Translations under genes and position numbers: made by a program | Part shown: piece after piece, positions 27,813 to 36,437 of the stretch | How positions within the stretch are numbered: the stretch's first letter is position 1 | How the letters are laid out: the number at the start of each line of letters is the position of its first letter | NCBI GenBank assembly: GCA_963701855.1 | Contig: CAVPBK010000006.1 | Coordinates: forward strand, 416,001 to 480,000 | Reading direction: 5' to 3' | DNA from: Nitrospirota bacterium | GTDB lineage: Bacteria > Nitrospirota > Nitrospiria > Nitrospirales > Nitrospiraceae | Length of the DNA: 64,000 bases | The notes under the pieces: generated by a model | What the model saw: the letters and a program-made list of their open reading frames with translations, nothing else | Database searches by the model: none | What the model was told of the DNA's origin: nothing

Positions 27813-28921
27813 TCCAAAAACGAGCGATTGATAATGGCAGAAACCGTGAAAAGGAGGATCGACGCCGTGAGCACCACCCACCCTATCAGAGCAAACGGGC
27901 GCTTGAAAATATTCCGTTCTGGGTTGCGGTCGAAGAACGGTAACAACATCAGCATGACCCCAAGGGCGCTGGGAAACGCAATCGAACCGAGAAACTGTCC
28001 AAACTGTCCGGAAAACATCTTCAATCGAAGATGTTGGAAGATGAACAAGAAGTACCATTCCGGTTCCGGATGATATTCGCCCGGATCAGGCGTCGCCTCA
28101 TCCAACAAGACCACCGGCTCCCAGAAGGCCAGCGCGCTGATACAGGCAAAGACCACCGCCATCCCGACCACGTCTTTCCAAATCTGCCGTGGGAAAAAAT
28201 AGTCGGTCTTCGCCTTCAGCTCTGTCGGCGTACCCTGGAATGGACCAGCCGGCCCCGCGCATCGAAAGAGAAAGAGATGCAGCCCGGCCAACCCAATCAG
28301 GGCCGCAGGGAGCACCATGACGTGAATGACGAAGAACCGGCTTAAGGTCATCTGCCCAGGGATCGGACCTCCTTTAAGAAACCGCGCCAAAAAGTCGCCC
28401 AGCACCGGTATCTTATCTATAATTTCGACGCCGACCGTCGTGGCCCAATAGGCTCGCTGGTCCCACGGAAGCAAATAGCCTGTAAAGCCAAACCCCAGCA
28501 CAAGAGCGAACAGCGCCAACCCGACCAACCAGATGAGTTCACGCGGTTTCTTATACGCGCCCCAGAGAAAAACTTGGGACATATGCGCAAAGACGCAGAG
28601 CACCATGGCTGAAGAGCCCCAAAAATGGTAACTCAGCAGGAACCAGCCGTAGTCAATATTGTGAATGATGTACTGGGTACTGGCGTAGGCATGGTCCGCC
28701 GTGGGCACGTAGTAGAACATCAGCAGCACGCCCGTGACCGCCTGCATGATGAAGATAAACAACAGGATTGACCCGAAGACGTAGGCCCAACGAGAGCCTC
28801 CCGGAACCGCCTCATTGAGCATCTTCGCTGCAAGCAGTTTCAGGCCGACTCGCTCGTCGACAAAAGCGAAGACTTTTTCGGCGACGGTTGTCTGCGTGCC
28901 GGCAGAAGGGGTGTCGCTCAT
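27809..28921 (-). CDS. Cytochrome b subunit of a Rieske/cytochrome b complex
   Basis: Heme His residues in YHFWG, AHMSQ, VIHVM, GLHL; GYLLPWDQ; PEWY. Confidence 0.93.
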   Translation of the reverse strand: MSDTPSAGTQTTVAEKVFAFVDERVGLKLLAAKMLNEAVPGGSRWAYVFGSILLFIFIMQAVTGVLLMFYYVPTADHAYASTQYIIHNIDYGWFLLSYHFWGSSAMVLCVFAHMSQVFLWGAYKKPRELIWLVGLALFALVLGFGFTGYLLPWDQRAYWATTVGVEIIDKIPVLGDFLARFLKGGPIPGQMTLSRFFVIHVMVLPAALIGLAGLHLFLFRCAGPAGPFQGTPTELKAKTDYFFPRQIWKDVVGMAVVFACISALAFWEPVVLLDEATPDPGEYHPEPEWYFLFIFQHLRLKMFSGQFGQFLGSIAFPSALGVMLMLLPFFDRNPERNIFKRPFALIGWVVLTASILLFTVSAIINRSFLD

Positions 28922-29854
28922 CTAAACGATCCGCGTTTGAGACTTCGTCCCGGCCTTAAATTCCATATCGATAATTTGCACTTCGCCGCTCGCGGACACC
29001 TTTATCGGCAGCAAGTCGAGAGGGCGTGGGGCTGGTCCATCCAACACCTGGCCGGCCGCATCATAGATGCTCAAGTGGCAGGGGCAGAGAAAGACTTGCC
29101 CGAGCACCTTGTGCTTACGCCATTTAAACGCGCAACCGAGGTGAGGACATTTACCGGAAAATGCAAGGTACGGCATGTCCTTCTTATTGGTCCAGATGGC
29201 TTTCCCTTCGGCGTCCAGAAAGTCCATATCTTTCCCGTGATACACTTTTTCCAGCACCGCAGGAGTGGCCTTGATGAGCCACGCATTCTTCTCGACTTCG
29301 GCTTCCGGCAAATAGACTTCTTTGACTATGCGCCTATATTGGAATTGCGTCCCTGTGTCGGGGAATTTCACCTTCTCAATGTTACCGATCTTCAGCCATC
29401 TATTGTCCAGCGGCGCATACATCGGCTTCATCAAAAACTTCATCACGGGAAAAACCAGCGGCAATCCGATAAACAACCCCGTCACGTAGGTCAAATTCGC
29501 AAAAAATGTCCGCCGTTTGACATTCCGCTCCAACTCAGGAAACGGGACCAGGACTTCACCCGGCGTGACATGAATATGCCTCTCAAGACCAGGAATTTCC
29601 ACTTCATGCAGCGTGACATAGTCGTCACGCTTGAACGGCGGCAAGCCCAGGACTTCGGACGAGGACGACCGCAGCTGCACCAGATCGTCCGCCACAGTCT
29701 GCACCGCACCCATGGGTACCTGCCGTTCGCCTCTGCCGTTCATCGACACGACAAGATGGCTGACCTCATGGGACAGCGGGTCCATGATGACCCTGGACAC
29801 CTCCCCGATTTCTTGGTCCGTACAGCGGACTTTCGACTTCAGTTGAGGCTGCAT
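28922..29854 (-). CDS. Rieske iron-sulfur protein with an N-terminal PRC-barrel-like domain
   Basis: CPHLGC and CPCH; internal KRRTFF followed by a TM. Confidence 0.9.
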   Translation of the reverse strand: MQPQLKSKVRCTDQEIGEVSRVIMDPLSHEVSHLVVSMNGRGERQVPMGAVQTVADDLVQLRSSSSEVLGLPPFKRDDYVTLHEVEIPGLERHIHVTPGEVLVPFPELERNVKRRTFFANLTYVTGLFIGLPLVFPVMKFLMKPMYAPLDNRWLKIGNIEKVKFPDTGTQFQYRRIVKEVYLPEAEVEKNAWLIKATPAVLEKVYHGKDMDFLDAEGKAIWTNKKDMPYLAFSGKCPHLGCAFKWRKHKVLGQVFLCPCHLSIYDAAGQVLDGPAPRPLDLLPIKVSASGEVQIIDMEFKAGTKSQTRIV

Positions 29855-29855
29855 G

Positions 29856-30659
29856 CTACTTCTTCTTAATCGGCTTTGGCGTATTCACGGATGTATTTTT
29901 AAATGTGCTCAGCCAGGTGGCGAGTGCCGTGATGTCGCTGTCCTCCATCACGTCCTTAAACTTGTTCGGCATCTTGCCTTTCTCCCAGTCCTTCTCAAAC
30001 CCCTCGGCCATAAAGCTCTTGGGGTCCATAATTTTCTGCTTAATCTCGGCGACTGTGAGGTACGAGCCGATGTTGTCCAACTCCGGACCACGCTTCTTCC
30101 CCCCCTCGCCCTTCAGCTTGTGGCAGTTGTAACATTCTTGCAGTTGCCACTGCTCTTCACCAATTCTTATAAAGTCCCCTGCCGGCGCCGTGCTGGTCAC
30201 GATCGGGGAAGTGCCGGTTGCCGGCACTTTCGTCACCTGAGAATCCTCGCCCAGCGCCCTGAGCTGCACCTCTAACGCCTTCACCTGCTCGTCGAGCACC
30301 TTCACCCGTGCGATTAACTCCTCGGCCTTCCCCTGCTCCGTGGCTTTCCGTTTCGGTTCGAGGATCTTGGCAATCTTCCCCTTTTCATCTTCGGGATCAA
30401 ATTGCGGCCACATTGAGGCACCGGTAATGAACACCGTGCACAGCACGACGTAGAACATCACAGTGGCAACCACAGATTTCGCCCTACTCATAGTCTTGAC
30501 CGACGGGGCATCCAGTAACATGAAAACGGCGGCCCCGAACATCGCTTGGGCGAAGAACATCATCTGGAAAACGAATGGAAACTCGAGCGCTCTCGAAAGG
30601 CCGAACAGCGCGCCACCCACCACCAAACCGATGCACAGCTTCTTAATTACGTTCCCCAT
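29856..30659 (-). CDS. Membrane-bound monoheme cytochrome c
   Basis: CYNCH, KMP; three N-terminal TMs. Confidence 0.88.
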   Translation of the reverse strand: MGNVIKKLCIGLVVGGALFGLSRALEFPFVFQMMFFAQAMFGAAVFMLLDAPSVKTMSRAKSVVATVMFYVVLCTVFITGASMWPQFDPEDEKGKIAKILEPKRKATEQGKAEELIARVKVLDEQVKALEVQLRALGEDSQVTKVPATGTSPIVTSTAPAGDFIRIGEEQWQLQECYNCHKLKGEGGKKRGPELDNIGSYLTVAEIKQKIMDPKSFMAEGFEKDWEKGKMPNKFKDVMEDSDITALATWLSTFKNTSVNTPKPIKKK

Positions 30660-30697
30660 GCAGACTCTCAGTCCTCAGTAGACGTGCTGCACCCCGA

Positions 30698-32398
30698 TTA
30701 CTTGGCCCTGGCAGGAATAGGACTGCCTTCGGGTACATGCCCCTTCGAATCAGAAGGCCGAAGGGCCACGAAAACCGCAAAACTTACAGCAATGAAAAAA
30801 ACGACTGAAATTCCCGTAATACACCAGGCGGAATACGACAGCGTCGGCGTGAAGGACTCCGCAGTAAAGTCTGGCAACAAACTGTAGGTATGGAAGTACT
30901 TCCGCACCAGCGAGCGGACGGCACCCATCAAACCCATCATCCAAATTGAACTGAAGGCCAGAAAGATCAGCACGAACTGAGAGGCGAAATCGATTTTCCC
31001 CCAGATAATCGTGCCTTGTTTAATGGCTCGGTTATACAAGACATAGTTGACGACCGTGGCAAACACCAGCGTGAATATCGCGGCAAGTTTGACCGGCATC
31101 GACGATAGAAACTCCCAATCAGACGGCAGCTTCAACTCTTCCATCATCTTGGCGCTGGTGGGCGCGAAACCATGGGGAGTGAGCCAGATCGCATCGCCCA
31201 CAATGACCATCAAAAAGCCGATTTTAATCACAGTCCGCGCAGACACCGTGTACGGAATGAACCGGCCCAAGAGCGGCGCCAGAACCAACGGGAGGAGGAA
31301 CGCCAACGACATCGGGTCGGGAATCCAGTAGTAATTCATCACCACCATCATGACAAAGGGGAACGCCACCATCACGATGGGAGCCAGGATCGTCATCCGG
31401 ACCTTTTCGACCCCCTCAATACGTTTCATGCTGAGCCAGACGTAATAGTTACTGGCCAAGAACATGAGTCCGATCATGGCTCCCTGCATTTCGAAAAACA
31501 TCGAGAGCTGGTCGGCCATCATGTACGGACAGAACGAAAAATCGTAATCGCACATCTGGTACGCGTACAGTAATCCTGTAAAGGGCTGAAACAGCATCGC
31601 GCCCACGCCGATCAGATTTCCGACAAAGCCCATCCAATCGTAGTACGCCCGCTCTTCTTGATTTTTCGCCCCCATGTACATATAGGCGGCGATCATGCCC
31701 GTCACAAATCCTCCGAACGCCACATTCCCATCGATCCGGTGAAGGCTGAGCGGAAACCAGCCGACATTGGCGATCTTGTCCCATAAGCTCGCAGCAACGA
31801 GAAACTCTTGCGGCGAGATACCCTCAGCCTTCGGCGGCGTATTCATGAACGATGTCGGGCCATTGATCACGAACATCGTGATCATACAGATGAGATTCAA
31901 GAGCACACCGAGGGCAATATGACGCCCCTTCTTCTCACCCTTCCAGGTGTCCCACATGTAGAAATACATGTACAACACGATGGTCCCGCTGATGAACAAC
32001 AGCGGGTAGATCACCGCGAACACAAGATAGAATTGATTAATGAACCATGTGGTAAATTGCGGGTATGCTGCGAGAAGCACGAAAATAAACAAGCCGCCCG
32101 TGAGGGCCGTTATGCTGAAGAGAATGACGGACACCTTTGTCAGCTCTTTGGCCAGGCGATCATACCGAAGGTCTTGCTTCCGATACCCCAGCCATTCTGA
32201 GATCACAATAAAGATCGGGGCGCCGAGAATGAATGCCCCAAACAGCGTATGAAGCTGGGCGACAATCCATACGGCAGTCCGGTTCCCTGTATAGGGAAAC
32301 TCTACCGGAGACGCTCCAGGAACTTGGGCATAGGCCACGCCTCCGAACAACACCAGAAACGCACAGACCGCCACCAGACTTCGCTGCCACGTTTTCAT
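30698..32398 (-). CDS. Second cytochrome bd-like oxidase subunit I paralogue
   Basis: AQLHTLFGAFILG, SLHRIDGN, YDWMG motifs shared with 24763-26655. Confidence 0.85.
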   Translation of the reverse strand: MKTWQRSLVAVCAFLVLFGGVAYAQVPGASPVEFPYTGNRTAVWIVAQLHTLFGAFILGAPIFIVISEWLGYRKQDLRYDRLAKELTKVSVILFSITALTGGLFIFVLLAAYPQFTTWFINQFYLVFAVIYPLLFISGTIVLYMYFYMWDTWKGEKKGRHIALGVLLNLICMITMFVINGPTSFMNTPPKAEGISPQEFLVAASLWDKIANVGWFPLSLHRIDGNVAFGGFVTGMIAAYMYMGAKNQEERAYYDWMGFVGNLIGVGAMLFQPFTGLLYAYQMCDYDFSFCPYMMADQLSMFFEMQGAMIGLMFLASNYYVWLSMKRIEGVEKVRMTILAPIVMVAFPFVMMVVMNYYWIPDPMSLAFLLPLVLAPLLGRFIPYTVSARTVIKIGFLMVIVGDAIWLTPHGFAPTSAKMMEELKLPSDWEFLSSMPVKLAAIFTLVFATVVNYVLYNRAIKQGTIIWGKIDFASQFVLIFLAFSSIWMMGLMGAVRSLVRKYFHTYSLLPDFTAESFTPTLSYSAWCITGISVVFFIAVSFAVFVALRPSDSKGHVPEGSPIPARAK

Positions 32399-32825
32399 AA
32401 TATTTCGCCGCCCCTCTTCGCTAGGAGCCTATCCGACATTGAGATATCTGCATCATACGTTCTCTGGATTAGATCCAGGTTGAGCCAGCGCACCACCAGG
32501 CAGCCAAGGTTTGCCCCCTTCTGCAGTTCCGCAGTACCCGCTCACTCCACTCGTACCCTGTGTACCAGAGGACTTGGCCGTCAGGGGGTTGTTCGTCTTA
32601 CAGAATAGCGTCATTTCACCGTACTGAACTGTGCGATGATTCCGCGACAAGGACTGACGGGGCGATGAGAAGATCTGATCATGGCCGTAGAAGCGAACCA
32701 TTCGTTCAGGCATCGTATGGCATCCTAGATCATTATCATGCGAACACACCGCTAGGCTGCCCTGAAGCTCAGTGCAAGAAGGGTTTCTTGGATTACTATC
32801 GCACAAGCTCCAAGCATGAAACCGT

Positions 32826-33392
32826 TTACTTACCCGCCGGTGCCGGAGCAGCTGGAGCTGCAGCAGGAGCAGCCGAGCCGCTCGCCGCATCAACCCAGGT
32901 CTTCTTTTCGGCGTCCCACCCTTTCCCAGGCATCCCGAAGCTCGCCTCATACAACACTAGCTTCCAGACGTCTTCGTCTGACAGCTTGCTCTTCCACCCT
33001 TTCATCTTCGTATTGGGAACTCCATCGGCAATCCGCCATGCCCACACGGAATCAGAGTAGAGCTTCATCCGTTCAACGACGCGGAAGTCACGGGCGCCTG
33101 CCTTAGCCGGCTTGCCGTCCTTACCATGGCAACTGGCACAATTCACATCGGGGTTTTTTTCGCCGGTGTAGAGCTTCCGCCCTTCTTCCAGTTTGGCCGC
33201 ATCGGCCCACCAACCAGCCGGCATATGTTTATCAGCCCATTCGGCTGGAGCTTGAGGCGGTGGAACGATCGGCCCCTCTCCCCCCTCTCCTCCGCATGCC
33301 ACCATGAAGAGCCCTACCCCCAACACCATCGTCAACTGATGAACTTTCATCTGCATCATAACTTTCACACACTCCTTATTCCTCAGCCACAT
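32826..33392 (-). CDS. Monoheme cytochrome c lipoprotein
   Basis: CASCH; lipobox MVA-C; true start probably near 33360. Confidence 0.88.
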   Translation of the reverse strand: MWLRNKECVKVMMQMKVHQLTMVLGVGLFMVACGGEGGEGPIVPPPQAPAEWADKHMPAGWWADAAKLEEGRKLYTGEKNPDVNCASCHGKDGKPAKAGARDFRVVERMKLYSDSVWAWRIADGVPNTKMKGWKSKLSDEDVWKLVLYEASFGMPGKGWDAEKKTWVDAASGSAAPAAAPAAPAPAGK

Positions 33393-33558
33393 CGATGACG
33401 CTTGACTCTCGTACTCAAATAAAAGGCGCTTTCACCGAGGAGATTTATCCACAGTAAAAGCGCCGATGCTGATACATACCGTGACACCACGCGCATTCCC
33501 CCGCCACTTCGATTCACCGATCCAGCGAGGTGCACATCAGCCCCATGGACCGCTTCGG

Positions 33559-34158
33559 TTATTTCTTCCGCTTGCCCTGAAACTTCCCTCGTTTCTGTTC
33601 CTGCTTCCGCCATGAACGAATGAGTTTGACCCCGATGAACCCACCAACTGCCGCCGCGATAGCCCCAGACCCGAGATAGACCCACAAAGGAGTAGTGTTT
33701 CTGTCCTGCGTACAACCGGTCCCAAAATTGACCTGAATGACTCGCTCTGCCTCCAGATCCTTCGGATCGAACGAGACTTTCTGTTGTTGCTGCTGCCCGT
33801 TGGCTTCAATCAGCAGCGGATCGCCAAGGTTATCGTTATGAAGATGAAACGAAGCCTTATAATGTCCGTCTCCATCGGTCTTGACGATCTGCCCGTAGGA
33901 AATCTTTGTATCCTTGACGAGCACGTCTACATTCGCGCTGCTTTTCCCATCTGCCCCACAGACATACCCTTCGACCGTAAACCGGTGGTCGGCTTCATGC
34001 GTCGCGGCCACGACGGAGGGGAAACCGCTCAATATTGCAATGGCTAGAACCCATTCCCGCCATCGTGACTGACTCTGTGCGATCGCTCTGCGCCTCCCAC
34101 CACGGTACGTGCGATTACTAATAATCTCGGTCAATTTTAGGACTGCGATTTTTAACAT
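33559..34158 (-). CDS. Exported hypothetical protein with a C-terminal TM anchor
   Basis: Signal-like segment, THEADH, C-terminal hydrophobic helix and basic tail; start uncertain. Confidence 0.6.
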   Translation of the reverse strand: MLKIAVLKLTEIISNRTYRGGRRRAIAQSQSRWREWVLAIAILSGFPSVVAATHEADHRFTVEGYVCGADGKSSANVDVLVKDTKISYGQIVKTDGDGHYKASFHLHNDNLGDPLLIEANGQQQQQKVSFDPKDLEAERVIQVNFGTGCTQDRNTTPLWVYLGSGAIAAAVGGFIGVKLIRSWRKQEQKRGKFQGKRKK

Positions 34159-34298
34159 AGCCCCTGCCTGTTAGTCAACGAACTGGCGCTTGACCGGATG
34201 AAGAGATAAGCCAATTTTCAAGCACTTGGCGAGGACCATTCTCGATACGCCTGTGTAGGGGAAAAGGAAAAAAGAGATGCGATTGGCAGGTGGAGAGT

Positions 34299-34694
34299 TT
34301 ACAAAATTCCTCGTGCTTTTGCCTCGGCTGCGACACGTGTAACTTCGACTCGCCGCTCCGAATCTTTCTTGGCAATCCAGGCCTCCCAGGACTTCCCCGT
34401 TGCCGTGTCCTCACCGGTGAAGGCGATCGCTGCAATCTGGTCATAACGAATGCGCTGCGCGTCGGTACTGTCGGAAGGGAACATCTCAAGATAGGAATCT
34501 TCCCCGCTGACCTTACGATTGAAGAGATAGCCGAAAATGGCATCACCGGATTTTAATGACAGCGTCACATCGCCGCGATAATCGAACGCCAGCTCCACCG
34601 CTTCTGCAAGCTCGGAGAAAGAAGCCGGCTGAAATATACGGCCTTCGGGCGATCCCGTTACCCCCTCACCACTATGGTTCTTGGTGTCAGTCAT
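34299..34694 (-). CDS. Hypothetical protein
   Basis: 131-aa ORF with protein-like composition, downstream of hpnH. Confidence 0.65.
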   Translation of the reverse strand: MTDTKNHSGEGVTGSPEGRIFQPASFSELAEAVELAFDYRGDVTLSLKSGDAIFGYLFNRKVSGEDSYLEMFPSDSTDAQRIRYDQIAAIAFTGEDTATGKSWEAWIAKKDSERRVEVTRVAAEAKARGIL

Positions 34695-34797
34695 TAAGGA
34701 ATCGTCAACTGTACAACGTGAGGCGCTTAACCGGAAGATGGGCAGGAGGCCCGGCCCTTACGAACGCCGACAGATCGCCCATGCTTCACACGATCTG

Positions 34798-35814
34798 TCA
34801 CCGCGAGGTGGGAAGCATCGTCAACTTGACGGTCCGGCCAAACCCGGACAGCGTGCCGAACGTATCTTCGACAGCAGAGGGTTCATAGCCGCAATGCACC
34901 ATGCAATCAGCGCATTTCTCGTTCCGCCCGGTTCCGTAGTGATCCCATTCCGTGCTCTCCATCAGTTCACGGAACGTCTTCGCATAGCCCTCTTGAAGTA
35001 GATAGCAGGGCTTTTGCCACCCGAACACGTTATAGGTCGGATTGCCCCAGGGTGTACATTCATACTCCCGCCGGCCCATCAAGAAATCTAAGAACAGCGG
35101 TGACTGATTGAACCGCCACTCCTTCTTCGGACTTCCCAAAATACGAGAAAACAATTCCCTCGTGCGCTCTCGCTTCAGAAAATGTTGCTTGTCCGGCGCC
35201 TTCTGATAGCTGTACCCAGGTGAAACCATCATGCCTTCGACGCCTAGCTCCATCATCGCATCGAAGAACTTCCGCACACGCTCAGGATTGGCATCATCGA
35301 AGAGGGTCGTATTGGTCGTGACTCGGTGCCCCCGCTTCAGCGCCGCTTTGATCGCCTTCACCGCCACATCATAGACACCATCCCGGCAGACCGCCAAATC
35401 GTGCTCGTCTTTCAGGCCATCCATGTGGACGCTAAACGTAAGAAACTTCGAGGGTTGATACTCGTCGAGTTTTCGCTCCATTAAAATCGCGTTGGTGCAG
35501 AGATATATATATCGCTCCTGCTCAACCAGCCCACGGACAATCTTTGACATCTCGGGATGAATCATCGGTTCGCCACCGGGAATGCTGACGATCGGAGCCC
35601 CGCATTCCTCCGCCGCAGCCCAACATTGTTCGGGCGTGAGTCGCTTATCCAGCACATGATCCGGATATTGAATCTTTCCGCAGCCGGCACAGGCTAAATT
35701 ACAGCGGAAGAGGGGCTCCAACATCAGCACGAGCGGATAGCGCTTCACCCCACTCAGTTTCTGGGAGAGCACATACTTCGTAACAGTAGCCATCTGGGAA
35801 AGTGGAACGGCCAT
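34798..35814 (-). CDS. hpnH: Adenosyl-hopene transferase (radical SAM)
   Basis: LMLEPLFRCNLACAGCGKI, CTPWGNP, CADCMVHCGYE. Confidence 0.93.
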   Translation of the reverse strand: MAVPLSQMATVTKYVLSQKLSGVKRYPLVLMLEPLFRCNLACAGCGKIQYPDHVLDKRLTPEQCWAAAEECGAPIVSIPGGEPMIHPEMSKIVRGLVEQERYIYLCTNAILMERKLDEYQPSKFLTFSVHMDGLKDEHDLAVCRDGVYDVAVKAIKAALKRGHRVTTNTTLFDDANPERVRKFFDAMMELGVEGMMVSPGYSYQKAPDKQHFLKRERTRELFSRILGSPKKEWRFNQSPLFLDFLMGRREYECTPWGNPTYNVFGWQKPCYLLQEGYAKTFRELMESTEWDHYGTGRNEKCADCMVHCGYEPSAVEDTFGTLSGFGRTVKLTMLPTSR

Positions 35815-35891
35815 TCCTCTCTCTCCTTCTTTTCAGTCTGTATTGGTAATGTCAGCAACCGGCCTAAACTAGCAGGTGTCAACCGCTCTGG

Positions 35892-35949
35892 ATTCTAGCA
35901 CTCAGTCTCACCGCCCGTCAATTTCATCCGCGCATTTTCATCCGCGCAT
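35892..35949 (-). promoter_or_regulatory. Putative hpnH sigma70 promoter with an adjacent 14-bp tandem duplication
   Basis: TTGACG-N18-TAGAAT (TG extended); tttcatccgcgcat x2 at 35922-35949. Confidence 0.5.
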
Positions 35950-36052
35950 TAGCCCTGCCATATTACTTTCAAGGGACTCAATTGCCATCCATCCTTTCAC
36001 TTGAAGGGGTAGTGACAGGGACAAGAAGGCGCGAGATTTATCAAGAAAGTTG

Positions 36053-36080
36053 AAAAGCCCCGCACTCATATGTGTGGGGT
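36053..36080 (-). terminator. Intrinsic terminator, probably the original tRNA-Cys terminator
   Basis: ACCCCACAC-ATATGA-GTGCGGGGC-TTTT on the minus strand just beyond the att copy. Confidence 0.6.
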
Positions 36081-36095
36081 CGCGCAAATTCTGTG

Positions 36096-36141
36096 TGGAG
36101 GCGCCGAGCGGGGTCGAACCGCTGCATCGCCGTTTTGCAGA
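36096..36141 (-). repeat. att site: 46-bp duplicate (1 mismatch) of the tRNA-Cys 3' half
   Basis: Matches 42075-42120. Confidence 0.93.
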
Positions 36142-36437
36142 ATGAATCCGGAGAATTGTGATCCAACGCGACCAATTGCTAAGGATGGAGAGAATACAGC
36201 AACTTATACTGACCATGCAGGCGAGTTACCTGCGATACCGAACGACTGAAGTAGATCTTGAACCGTGAGTAAAACCGTGAGTGAAAGAGGGTCGTCATTG
36301 TCCTCTTTCCGCACGGGCATCCTTAAAAGTTCAAATCGGTGGTCTTTGATAAAACCTCGCTATTGCAATGGTTTCCCCAACAACGTTAGTTTTCAAGCGT
36401 TAGACCGTTTCTATAACAAGGAGGACGAAAACAGGTC

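Noticed and set aside
28937..29869. Long antisense ORFs (also 22438-23241, 52346-53254, 55675-56556)
   Set aside because: Shadows of well-supported opposite-strand genes in GC-rich DNA
32400..32820. c-di-GMP-I riboswitch upstream of the second bd-like gene
   Set aside because: GGCAAACC is present but the GNRA loop and GACGCAAAG elements are not in the right order; needs an Rfam scan
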